From a virus (lineage: Duplodnaviria; Caudoviricetes): a stretch of 64,000 nt of DNA. Positions 9,815 through 18,703 of the stretch are shown here, one piece after another; the stretch's first letter is position 1, and each line of letters starts with the position of its first letter. The notes beneath the pieces are model-generated. The model searched no databases, was not told the DNA's origin, and worked only from the letters and a program-made list of their open reading frames with translations. The translations under genes and the position numbers were made by a program. The stretch is from positions 1 through 64,000 of IMG/VR virus record IMGVR_UViG_3300025429_000009; one strand, given 5' to 3'.

Positions 9815-9891
9815 AAAATTCTACAGATTTCCTAGATCTGTTAGCAACGTGCAAGATATGCAAGTTGCCTTGAAACAAGGAGAAAAACAAA

Positions 9892-10461
9892 ATGGCAAGA
9901 ACAGTATCAAAATCAAGCGACACAAGCTCAGAGAGTACTCCAATTCCAGTAGTGGATTTGGGTGGACACTATGAGGAACACATTCCAGATGTAGCGGACA
10001 GAGCAGCAGCACTCCAAAAGCGTGCTCCAGCTTCGTTCCAAGGCATGCAGGACATTAAGACTGCAGACTGGATTGAGAACTTGATGGCTGGTTCAACTGT
10101 GTTTACTAGCGATAAGGGCAGCTTCAAGCTGAATGGCGCTGGTTTTCACGGAAGCATCCAACCTATCGCTGAAGAGATTCGTAAGGATCCTTACCTGTTG
10201 AGAGCCGTACAACGTGGACGTATTGCCTTCATTACAGCTGAAGAGGCCGAAGGCAAGATTGCTGAGCTCAGAGATGAGAGCAGCACCAGCGAGAGTCACA
10301 TGGATCACCTTCGTGAGAGTCTTGCTGCAGGAGCTAGCGAAAACACTGGTCTGTACAAGATTCCACTGCCTGACGAAGCCGAGCCTAAGCCCGGTGGAGC
10401 TCAGACATGGGAGCAGATCTGGGCCAGTAGCACTAGCACTCCGAAGTCAAAGAACGTATAA
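9892..10461 (+). CDS. Hypothetical protein (head-assembly associated)
   Basis: AAGGAG SD; follows the MCP gene. Confidence 0.7.
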   Translation: MARTVSKSSDTSSESTPIPVVDLGGHYEEHIPDVADRAAALQKRAPASFQGMQDIKTADWIENLMAGSTVFTSDKGSFKLNGAGFHGSIQPIAEEIRKDPYLLRAVQRGRIAFITAEEAEGKIAELRDESSTSESHMDHLRESLAAGASENTGLYKIPLPDEAEPKPGGAQTWEQIWASSTSTPKSKNV

Positions 10462-10503
10462 CAACCGGTGGACTGCAAAGCTCCACCTTTATAAGGAGCT
10501 TAA

Positions 10504-10782
10504 ATGAGCGAAGAGATCAAGAACACAGTGAAGCCTGAAAAGGCCACTCAAACTGAGCCTCTTGGTGCCGTAATTGCAAGTGGTGTGACTCTTAGCGGTC
10601 AGACCATCTTCAGCCAGCCATGGTTTAACGTCTGGCTTCCCCAGACGTTTGCTGGTGCAGTTACAAACGCCAATGGTGGATCTGCAACAGTTACCATCAC
10701 CGGTAATGGATGGCAGGGTCAAAACAACACTGGTTACGTTTTCCAAAATGACCAGTACAACACAACCGTGAGAGGATTCTAA
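10504..10782 (+). CDS. Small virion protein
   Basis: AAGGAG SD; T/G/N-rich. Confidence 0.6.
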   Translation: MSEEIKNTVKPEKATQTEPLGAVIASGVTLSGQTIFSQPWFNVWLPQTFAGAVTNANGGSATVTITGNGWQGQNNTGYVFQNDQYNTTVRGF

Positions 10783-10783
10783 T

Positions 10784-11506
10784 ATGGCTACACCTAACGT
10801 CGCAACAGAACAGGGTAATAAGGCTGCACTCCGTGGGGTAACTCGCGGTGGCTTTGTTGCCTACTCAGAATACGCTGTTGACCCCACAATCATGGTCAAC
10901 GCTGCTGCTACAGCCAGTGGCCTCATCACACTCTCGGTTCCTACCGGTAACACCAGTTTTGTTATCAGTGGTAGCAATGGTCTGAACTCAACAGTTATTA
11001 CTGGTACTTCAACCGGTACTAGCGTTAACGGTCTTATCTCTGCTCTGCAGAACACGGCTCTTAGCGGTCAGACGTTCTACGTGAACGCTGGTGGTGCTAA
11101 CTACCTGAATGGTACAACGACTACCATCATTGTTCCTGGTGGTGCAGTATTGACAGTTGTTAGCGCAACTGGTACAGCCCCTACTATCGGTACAGTTACT
11201 CTTACGGGTACTAACGCTGAAGCTACAACCTACCCTAACTACGTTGGTGCTCCTAACTCTACTCCTAACTGGGTAGATGACGTTACTGTTCACTCTTACC
11301 AGGTTGGTTTCAACGGTTCTCTGGTTGTTAACAACAATGGTACGCTGAGCGGTTCAAACGTTATCCAGTCACAGGTTCGTCAGATCCTGACTGGTGAAGG
11401 TCCTGACGGTGGTAGCCAGACACAAACATACGCTGGTTACTTCGCTACATACTCGGGTAACTTGTTCGCAACTGGCCAGAAGAGAACTCAACGCCAGCAG
11501 TGCTAA
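10784..11506 (+). CDS. Virion structural protein, T/G/S-rich
   Basis: Beta-type composition, several SG motifs, GAGG SD. Confidence 0.65.
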   Translation: MATPNVATEQGNKAALRGVTRGGFVAYSEYAVDPTIMVNAAATASGLITLSVPTGNTSFVISGSNGLNSTVITGTSTGTSVNGLISALQNTALSGQTFYVNAGGANYLNGTTTTIIVPGGAVLTVVSATGTAPTIGTVTLTGTNAEATTYPNYVGAPNSTPNWVDDVTVHSYQVGFNGSLVVNNNGTLSGSNVIQSQVRQILTGEGPDGGSQTQTYAGYFATYSGNLFATGQKRTQRQQC

Positions 11507-11647
11507 ATGGATCACTTACCTTTTAATGTAAAGGTCGAAGCAGTAGTTATTAGAGCCAATGGTGACCGGGAAGAACTCGGCACCATTGGTTCTACTACTT
11601 TAAAGGACAATAGTGAACACAGTATTGACATCAACGACAAGAAGTAG
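11507..11647 (+). CDS. 46-aa protein absent from the ORF track (MDHLPFNVKVEAVVIRANGDREELGTIG...)
   Basis: ATG immediately after the upstream TAA; fills the gap; overlaps the next gene start. Confidence 0.6.
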   Translation: MDHLPFNVKVEAVVIRANGDREELGTIGSTTLKDNSEHSIDINDKK

Positions 11648-12218
11648 CCTCGTCAACGTCATCACGGGTTCTGGTTATTCCTTGAGTGAGCCAAAATACC
11701 TCTCTTGGGGAACTGGCGTAAGTCCTGCTTTACCTACCGATATTGCTCTTGGTAACCCTATTGGCAGTGTTATCTCTGGTACTGTTAGTACTCTTTCTAC
11801 CGTTACATCAGGTGATACGTACTTTTGTACGGGTACTTTCACTGCTAGTGGAATTGTTTCGGTTACCGAGGTAGGTCTTTTTACCAGTCAGTCTAGTTCA
11901 GCTGTAGGGTTAATTGCAAATCAAGTTGGACCCACGGATACCACCATCACAGTGAGCGGCTACAGCGGCTTTCCAGGTACCTTTCCGTTCAATGTACAGG
12001 TGCTTACCGAAGTAATGACAGTGACCTCTGGTAATGGTACGAATGTCTTCAATGTAATTCGTGGCGCAAACGGCTCTAGTAGAGTGACAAGTATTATTCC
12101 AACGCTTACCCCAGTTGTAGGACCAGCAGGGTATATGTTCTTGAAAAGCACATTTTCAAGTATTAACTTATACCCAGGGGATAATTTACAATTTAATATC
12201 AGCGTACAATTTTCTTAG
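11613..12218 (+). CDS. Virion protein resembling a fibre-anchor/collar domain
   Basis: PKYLSWGTG..PTDIALG and VTEVGLF motifs typical of tail-fibre N-terminal anchor modules; GTG start with AAGGA SD. Confidence 0.6.
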   Translation: MNTVLTSTTRSSLVNVITGSGYSLSEPKYLSWGTGVSPALPTDIALGNPIGSVISGTVSTLSTVTSGDTYFCTGTFTASGIVSVTEVGLFTSQSSSAVGLIANQVGPTDTTITVSGYSGFPGTFPFNVQVLTEVMTVTSGNGTNVFNVIRGANGSSRVTSIIPTLTPVVGPAGYMFLKSTFSSINLYPGDNLQFNISVQFS

Positions 12219-12225
12219 GATTTAA

Positions 12226-14667
12226 ATGGCTTACCCCACATATACAACTCCTAGATCAATCGCTGGCGCAGCTGCACCTTCTTACCTCTCTGCAACGCTT
12301 GCTAGTGGGTACTCTGCTGGTCAAACAATTACAGTTGCCAACACTGCTGGATGGTACGAAGTAAGCTCAAGCGGCACTGCTACTACAAACCCATTGGGAA
12401 CTAGCGGTGTTTTTACGTTGGTGGTCGATTACGGCCTCAGCACAGAAGAAAAGATCCTGTGCGCATCCGGTGCGATTTCTATCGGTGCTAATGCGGTAAT
12501 CCCAGTGTGGACAGACGGTACATACAACGGCCGTGGCTGGGATGGAACAAAATCAGTAGCACATGCTACGGGTATTGGCACCAATCCTAACGTATTCTTG
12601 GTTAGAACCGCGGTAGATGATCTCCAATTCAATACGTCAGCAACCACGCTAACCAACAACCTTGCCACATTATCTGGGCAATATGTGGTTACTTCCGGGG
12701 TCGTTACAGCTCAAGCTGGTTACATTGCTACGATATCAGGTAAGCAAGTTACTGATGAGACAAATATTGCTAGTTTGTCAGGCAGCTTGGCAACCCTCAG
12801 TGGTCAATATGTAATAACCAGTGGTATTGTAACCAGCCACACTGGGTCAATTGCAAGCATCAGCGGTAGCCTTAATACTTTGTCAGGACAATTTGTTGCA
12901 TTGTCAGGCGCCTATGCTGTAACCTCAGGGAACCTCAACACAACAAATAGCAACCTGTCAACATTAAGTGGTCAGTTCGTAACTCTTAGTGGAGCTTACG
13001 CAACTACTTCGGGTAACCTAAACACAACGAACACAAACGTTGCGAACCTTAGCGGACAATTTGCTTCACTGTCTGGGCAGTATCTGACTACATCAGGGAT
13101 AGTCACTGGGCACACAGGTTCAATTGCTTCAATCAGTGGCAGTTTAAATACTTTGTCTGGTCAGTACGTTGCTACAAGTGGCAGTTTAACCACGTTGAGC
13201 GGTCAATACGTTGTAACTTCGGGTAGCCTTACTACTCTTTCTGGACAGTTTGTTGTGCTAAGTGGTGCATACGCTGCCACTTCAGGTAGCCTAAACACCG
13301 TAAGCGGAGTCGCTTACTCTGCTCTGCAACGCTCAGGTGGTACTATCAGTGGTGCATTGAATATCACCAGCCCCATCCTTGGTGGTGTAACTGCTACTAG
13401 CGGACAATCTCTTGTATGGAACAGCACACAATGGGTGCCAGCAACGGTTAGTGGCGGTGGTGGAGGGATCACTTCTCTTACCGGTGACGTAACTGCAACC
13501 GGCACAGGTGCAGTCGCTGCAACTCTGGTTGGTACAACCGCTGTTAGTGGTGTGGTAAATGCCATTGTCAATAACAACTCAACAGTAACAGGAACAGTTG
13601 CAAACCTTGCCACATTGAGTGGACAATTCGTTACACTTTCAGGTCAGTTTGCGACCCTTAGCGGCGCCTATGCAACCACATCAGGCAACCTCAATACAAC
13701 AAATGCCAATGTAGCAAGCTTAAGCGGCCAATTTGCTTCATTGTCAGGTCAGTACCTAACAACTTCGGGAATAGTTACTACTGCAACTGGCAACATTGCT
13801 ACATTAACTAGCAACTTAGCTACCCTGAGCGGTCAATATGTTGCTACGTCTGGAAGTCTTACAACTCTTAGTGGTCAATTTGTAACATTAAGCGGTGCAT
13901 ATGCAGCGACTTCAGGTTCTTTGAACACACTTTCTGGACAGTATGTAGCCACTAGTGGTAGCCTTACAACTTTGTCAGGTCAGTTTGTAACGCTTAGTGG
14001 GCAATATAACACAACATCTGGTATTGTTACTGGTCACACGAGCTCTATCGCGCTAATTTCAGGCAACCTTAACACCGTTAGTGGTGTAGCTTATGCTGCC
14101 CTGCCAGGATCCGGTGGAACTATTAGCGGTAACCTTGTTATTGCTTCTGGTCTTACTGTATCTGGTACATCTACTCACATTGGTAACTCTACATTTAGTG
14201 GTACTCTTACAGTTGCTAGCGCAATCATTAACCCTATTTTGCAGGGTGCTTACGAAGTTGTATCCTATAGCGGATCAACTGTGCTCAGCGGCACAACAAC
14301 CCCAGCTACTCTAAATGCAGCAAACAGCTCATTCTACTTCTACAACACAGCCCCATCTGGCTCATTTACTGTAGCTATCACCGGAGCACCAACAGTATCT
14401 GGTAGGAGTGCTACATTCGCTTTGCTGGTTAACAACGGTGCTACAGCTTATCTACCCAACCAGATCACTATTAACGGTGTTGGGGCTGCTGCCACTGTTG
14501 CTCTACCAGCGCAGGGATCTACAACAAGTGGTATTACTACCTACTACCAGGGTGGTACCTTGTGGTCAGCAGCGGATGCAAGCACTCTTGATTCATACAC
14601 GTTTACTGTGATCTGCACGTCATCTACCCCAACATGGACATTGTTAACAGGATTGACAAAGTTCTAA
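12226..14667 (+). CDS. Long fibre protein with SG-containing heptad repeats
   Basis: 813 aa; two blocks of 7-aa repeats (TLSGQYV/ATSGSLT/TLSGAYA); globular N and C domains. Confidence 0.8.
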   Translation: MAYPTYTTPRSIAGAAAPSYLSATLASGYSAGQTITVANTAGWYEVSSSGTATTNPLGTSGVFTLVVDYGLSTEEKILCASGAISIGANAVIPVWTDGTYNGRGWDGTKSVAHATGIGTNPNVFLVRTAVDDLQFNTSATTLTNNLATLSGQYVVTSGVVTAQAGYIATISGKQVTDETNIASLSGSLATLSGQYVITSGIVTSHTGSIASISGSLNTLSGQFVALSGAYAVTSGNLNTTNSNLSTLSGQFVTLSGAYATTSGNLNTTNTNVANLSGQFASLSGQYLTTSGIVTGHTGSIASISGSLNTLSGQYVATSGSLTTLSGQYVVTSGSLTTLSGQFVVLSGAYAATSGSLNTVSGVAYSALQRSGGTISGALNITSPILGGVTATSGQSLVWNSTQWVPATVSGGGGGITSLTGDVTATGTGAVAATLVGTTAVSGVVNAIVNNNSTVTGTVANLATLSGQFVTLSGQFATLSGAYATTSGNLNTTNANVASLSGQFASLSGQYLTTSGIVTTATGNIATLTSNLATLSGQYVATSGSLTTLSGQFVTLSGAYAATSGSLNTLSGQYVATSGSLTTLSGQFVTLSGQYNTTSGIVTGHTSSIALISGNLNTVSGVAYAALPGSGGTISGNLVIASGLTVSGTSTHIGNSTFSGTLTVASAIINPILQGAYEVVSYSGSTVLSGTTTPATLNAANSSFYFYNTAPSGSFTVAITGAPTVSGRSATFALLVNNGATAYLPNQITINGVGAAATVALPAQGSTTSGITTYYQGGTLWSAADASTLDSYTFTVICTSSTPTWTLLTGLTKF
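12661..14085 (+). repeat. Two blocks of degenerate 21-bp (heptad) coding repeats, about 12661-13311 and 13603-14085
   Basis: Amino-acid repeats are near-identical but synonymous codons differ between copies. Confidence 0.8.
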
Positions 14668-15686
14668 TGCCACTCGTAACTACATTCGCAGACGATGCTA
14701 TCCAAGCACTCAATGTGTTTTCTTCGCAAACTGTAGTAGCTGTTACAGGATCACACATTTATTTTAACGCTTCAAATACTTATACTTTTACCGTTCCATC
14801 AGGTGTAACTCAAATTTCAGTTCTTGCCATAGGTGGTGGTGGCGGTGCTGCTGGTGGCGTAAACTCTGGTGCTAATGGTACTGCTTCAACCGTAAAGAAC
14901 AGTGGTGGAACGGTTCTTATTAGTGCCGGTGGTGGTTCTAGAGGAGCAAGCGGTGTCGCTGGTGCTGGCGGAACTGCTTCATTTGGAACTGGTGTCACGG
15001 GAACAGGATATTCAGGTGGTTCTGGTGGATTCCGTGGTGGTGGTGGTGCAGGTGGATACACGGGTAATGGTGGAAACGCTGGTGCTACATCGGCTTCGGC
15101 TGGTTCGGCAGGTACAGGTGGTGCTGCCGGTGGTGGTGGATCACCATCGTCAAACGGTGGTGGCGGTGGTGGAACGGGTATTTACGGATCTGGTTCCAAT
15201 GGTGCAGGTGGTAACGCAACGGTAGGTTCACCCTCAGAAGGCGGTCAACCGGGTTCCAATGTCACTTACACGGCTGGCACAGGTGGAAATGGTGGTAACG
15301 GTACTACTTCTAACGCTGCTGGTGGAGACATAGGAACTTACACATATACCGGGCTTGTTGCCGGTGGTAGTACAAACACCCTAACTACTTATTCTGGTGG
15401 TGGTGGAGCAGCAGGATCAGGAGCAGCAGGTGGTGGTGGTGGATGGCCTGGCGGTGGTGGAGCAGGGCAGAACTCCACAGGTGGTGGTGGTGGGGCTTTA
15501 GCCTACGCCAATCTTAGTGTTTCACCGGGTCAGACCTATACGATAAATGTGGGAGCCGGTGGTGCTGCATTCGGTGTTGGTGGCGGTGGAGCATCTGGCG
15601 TTGTCCGCATTGTTTGGAATACAACATCAACGCCATCATTCCCATCAACTAATGTTGCTTCAACCGCAAATGAAGTGTATAACTAA
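14667..15686 (+). CDS. Glycine-rich fibre-tip/adhesin-like protein
   Basis: TFTVPSGVTQISVLAIGGGGG...VSPGQTYTINVGAGG...GASGVVRIVW pattern of phage Gly-rich domains; TAATG coupling gives a start at 14667. Confidence 0.75.
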   Translation: MPLVTTFADDAIQALNVFSSQTVVAVTGSHIYFNASNTYTFTVPSGVTQISVLAIGGGGGAAGGVNSGANGTASTVKNSGGTVLISAGGGSRGASGVAGAGGTASFGTGVTGTGYSGGSGGFRGGGGAGGYTGNGGNAGATSASAGSAGTGGAAGGGGSPSSNGGGGGGTGIYGSGSNGAGGNATVGSPSEGGQPGSNVTYTAGTGGNGGNGTTSNAAGGDIGTYTYTGLVAGGSTNTLTTYSGGGGAAGSGAAGGGGGWPGGGGAGQNSTGGGGGALAYANLSVSPGQTYTINVGAGGAAFGVGGGGASGVVRIVWNTTSTPSFPSTNVASTANEVYN

Positions 15687-15949
15687 TGTTAGGCAACCGA
15701 GGATATTACAGCGCAAACGCCAAGGTGTATGAAGGCTACCGCGGCATACGCGCTTTGCAATCATATGCATTAAACATCTTGTTGATTGAGTCTGGCAAAG
15801 TGCAGCCTTCTATCAACGTTAATAATTACACATTGGATAACAATCAAAATCTTGATAACGTCGGTAACTTTACTGAAAATAATGATCAAAACGAGATAGA
15901 TTACGCTGAGCCCAACAACCCCCTGGGCGAAGATGTAGTACCCTCTTAA
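15686..15949 (+). CDS. Hypothetical Asn-rich protein
   Basis: TAATG coupling. Confidence 0.55.
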   Translation: MLGNRGYYSANAKVYEGYRGIRALQSYALNILLIESGKVQPSINVNNYTLDNNQNLDNVGNFTENNDQNEIDYAEPNNPLGEDVVPS

Positions 15950-15982
15950 TTTTGCTGTAGATAATAGACCAAAGGAGATAGT

Positions 15983-16534
15983 ATGAATGACACACGTAAC
16001 GCACAAGTAGCTTGGGCCGAATGGGGCGCAGCTAATCACCAGCACTTTAATTACTCAGAAGGTGCTGACCGCATGAACGCCATTGGTGTTTGGCCTCCCA
16101 AGTTTCCCATCAATACCGACTGCTCGGGTTCTTGCACCCTGTGGGCATTCCTTGCCAATGGCAATGACCCAAACGGCCTTAACTTTGACCACGAAGGCTA
16201 CACTGGCACATTCCTTAGCCACGAAGAGCACCTTGCTCTCTGGGTTAAGAATGCTAAGGGTGTTCTTGTAGAAGACGTTTTGCCAGGTGACTACGTAGTT
16301 TATGGACCCGGAACGGGCGAACACGTAGCTATTATCGTGAAAGTAAACGGCAATGACATCTTGACCGTTTCACACGGTGCTCAGGGTGGCCCTGGCTACT
16401 GCTGGGTAAACACACCGACAAAAACTCCAAACCCGGACAACTTTCCAGTCGATGGTCGTACGCCACAAACATTCCTCCGTAATGTAACTGACACGAATAA
16501 GTCTGTTCGCACACCTGCCAACCTTCCAAAGTAG
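15983..16534 (+). CDS. NlpC/P60 cysteine peptidase, probable endolysin
   Basis: DCSG (Cys), PGDYVVYG, EHVAII (His), VSHG; AAGGAG SD; no signal peptide. Confidence 0.8.
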   Translation: MNDTRNAQVAWAEWGAANHQHFNYSEGADRMNAIGVWPPKFPINTDCSGSCTLWAFLANGNDPNGLNFDHEGYTGTFLSHEEHLALWVKNAKGVLVEDVLPGDYVVYGPGTGEHVAIIVKVNGNDILTVSHGAQGGPGYCWVNTPTKTPNPDNFPVDGRTPQTFLRNVTDTNKSVRTPANLPK

Positions 16535-16545
16535 GAATAAATTAA

Positions 16546-17460
16546 ATGACAACACGTCAACGCGTTAACTTTGCTGCAGGTAATATCGCATCTCTTCAAC
16601 CAGCAACAGCTGGCCAGAATACGACTATTACTGGCAATGGCTTCCCAGTTCCTAATGCTGGATACTACATCCCGATCACCTTGAACCCAGGTTACTATGG
16701 TGCTAACAACAGCAGTGGACCTGAGATCGCTTATATTACATCAGGTGGTACAAGCACGGTTGCTAACGTAACCCGTTATGTAGAAACAACTACTCAAACA
16801 GCCAGCGGAACTAACGTTCCATGGGTCGCTGGCGCATTGGTTTCTGATTTTGATGTAAGTAATCTTACGTCTACAGGTACTCTTACCCTTAGTAATGGTT
16901 TTTCTACCAACTCCGGTGTTATTACGGGTGGTAGTAATGCTCTTAAGTTTACTGGTGCTTATGCAACAATTAATGGCTTGTATGCATTGAATTCAGCGTA
17001 TGGTGCTTTTCAACAACAAGTTACTGCTGGTGCTGGCTCAACCCCATTCCCGCTATCAACTGTTTCTGGTAGTTATGTAAGCATCTCTAATTACACAATT
17101 AGCACAACAGCTAGTGCTGTAGCAAATATTGCTATTAACCTCACAGCATCTGGGAGTTACTTGGTTGTAGGACAATTGGCCATTTCCAACGCTGGCGCAA
17201 GTACATATACTGCAACGCTTTGGTTGTCAACATCTGGAACAGCAACGCAAACGAATGCTCCAATCGCAAGCGAAGTTACAGTGCCAGCTAACTCTATTAT
17301 TACCATACCAATGAATGGTTTAGTTATAACAACTGGTTCTGCTACTTTAACCCTTTATGGTCAATCTAGTACTGGTGCGGGAACATCATTGTCCATTGCT
17401 GGTGGTATCGGTTCAACTGGCGCTACTCTCAACAACATTGTTGTTACAAGAATTGTTTAA
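16546..17460 (+). CDS. Fibre/minor virion protein
   Basis: T/S/G/A-rich; beta-sandwich-like C-terminus. Confidence 0.6.
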   Translation: MTTRQRVNFAAGNIASLQPATAGQNTTITGNGFPVPNAGYYIPITLNPGYYGANNSSGPEIAYITSGGTSTVANVTRYVETTTQTASGTNVPWVAGALVSDFDVSNLTSTGTLTLSNGFSTNSGVITGGSNALKFTGAYATINGLYALNSAYGAFQQQVTAGAGSTPFPLSTVSGSYVSISNYTISTTASAVANIAINLTASGSYLVVGQLAISNAGASTYTATLWLSTSGTATQTNAPIASEVTVPANSIITIPMNGLVITTGSATLTLYGQSSTGAGTSLSIAGGIGSTGATLNNIVVTRIV

Positions 17461-17463
17461 TAA

Positions 17464-18327
17464 ATGAGAGTACGCCCTATCCCACAATATGCTGCGGAGC
17501 CTTTGGGTATTACAACGTATATCAGTGGATCATTGGCCGATCCTGATAACCAATATGTATGGTTGAACATTACTAATTCTGACAGCGGAACAGTTGTTCT
17601 TGCCTCAGGACAAGCAACTTGGGAGAGTACGGGCACGTACCAATACACCACCAACTCTAGCCAGACTGCAATCCAAGGGAATTATGCAGCTACATGGAAC
17701 TACACAATCAGTGGTAGCCCAAGAACGTATGTAGATAACTTTGTTATTACTGATCAAATGCCTTATTGGAGCAACCTGGATACCACAACCAGAGAGCTCG
17801 TAACGGGTATTGTTCACCGTCTTGACAAGAGCTTTGACTCAACAGCTGGCGGTCCATACCTCCAAGAGCTTAACCAAAGTGGTTTTCTCATGTATGAAGA
17901 AGTCGCAATGGTCATGCAAGATGAAACCATGGACTACATTAACTTTGAATTTCAGCCTATCTTTAGCCCAGCTTATGAAGTTGGTATTAATGCTACGGTT
18001 CCATTCCCAACCACATATTACGGTGTTTTGGCCACACAGACGTATGCGCACTTCCTTAAGCACATCGCTCGTAACTACATCGAACAGCCTACCCCACAAG
18101 GTATGAATGCTGCTTGGATGGACCGCAGAGACTATTACAACCGTTGGTGGCAGCTGTACCTGTTTGACAAGGAGATCGCTGACAAGCAGCTTCGTCAGAT
18201 GAAGCGTCAATACATGGTTGGCTCCAAGCGAAGCCTTCTGGTCGCTGGTGGTCTTATCCCTCGTATGTTTGTCAACCCAGCACGCCCTCACTTCCAATAC
18301 GCTGCAGTCAATATGGGTGGAGCATAA
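17464..18327 (+). CDS. Head-tail adaptor (neck) protein with an N-terminal Ig-like domain
   Basis: Position; beta-rich N half (GTYQYT, GNYAATWNY) and helical C half (DRRDYYNRW). Confidence 0.6.
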   Translation: MRVRPIPQYAAEPLGITTYISGSLADPDNQYVWLNITNSDSGTVVLASGQATWESTGTYQYTTNSSQTAIQGNYAATWNYTISGSPRTYVDNFVITDQMPYWSNLDTTTRELVTGIVHRLDKSFDSTAGGPYLQELNQSGFLMYEEVAMVMQDETMDYINFEFQPIFSPAYEVGINATVPFPTTYYGVLATQTYAHFLKHIARNYIEQPTPQGMNAAWMDRRDYYNRWWQLYLFDKEIADKQLRQMKRQYMVGSKRSLLVAGGLIPRMFVNPARPHFQYAAVNMGGA

Positions 18328-18328
18328 T

Positions 18329-18703
18329 GTGTCGTGGTCTGAACGCTATGCAGCAGGTAGAAAAAGGGCAGTAGAGCCTACCAATGAAATAACGTATCGA
18401 GAGCAATGTGGCTCTAGATATGGCTATGACCTGCACCGTAAGAATAGCGAACCAGCTTGCATTCTTTGCCAAGAAGCTGTAAATAATTATGCTCGAGAAC
18501 GCAATAGAGCACGTGGTGTAAAAGAGTTTGAACCTGCAGCCTGTGGTACTAACGGCGGTTACATGAAACATCTTAAAGAAGGTGAAGAAGCTTGTGATGA
18601 TTGTTTGCAAGCTCACAGAGATCATGTCACTTGGTTTAGCTTGCCCGTTAAAACTAGACAGCAAATTAACCAAGAAATTAATGAAGAGTTTGGTGAACAA
18701 TGA
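18329..18703 (+). CDS. Tandem Zn-binding repeat protein (2x CG..GY..H....E..C..C..A)
   Basis: GTG18329 with GGAG SD; motif duplicated; common type of small actinophage protein. Confidence 0.65.
   Translation: MSWSERYAAGRKRAVEPTNEITYREQCGSRYGYDLHRKNSEPACILCQEAVNNYARERNRARGVKEFEPAACGTNGGYMKHLKEGEEACDDCLQAHRDHVTWFSLPVKTRQQINQEINEEFGEQ

Noticed and set aside
8740-9816. 358-aa antisense ORF over the MCP gene (similar ones at 2264-3007, 3077-3697, 6716-7375, 43490-44485)
   Set aside because: Mirror-frame artefacts of strong codon bias in the sense genes; no SD or recognisable motifs
9833-9846. AGATCTGTTAGCA resembling AGATCTGCTAACA at 42508
   Set aside because: Only two short imperfect copies, each explained by a local hairpin or promoter; likely chance
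11598-11613. T TTA AAG slippery heptamer that might fuse the 46-aa ORF to gene 11613
   Set aside because: The -1 frame hits TAG at once; gene 11613 is in the +1 frame and has its own SD
12661-14085. Possible CRISPR array or DGR template/variable repeat
   Set aside because: The repeats are in-frame coding heptads that differ at synonymous sites. There are no spacers, no adenine-specific pattern was noticed, and no reverse transcriptase was seen in the window.
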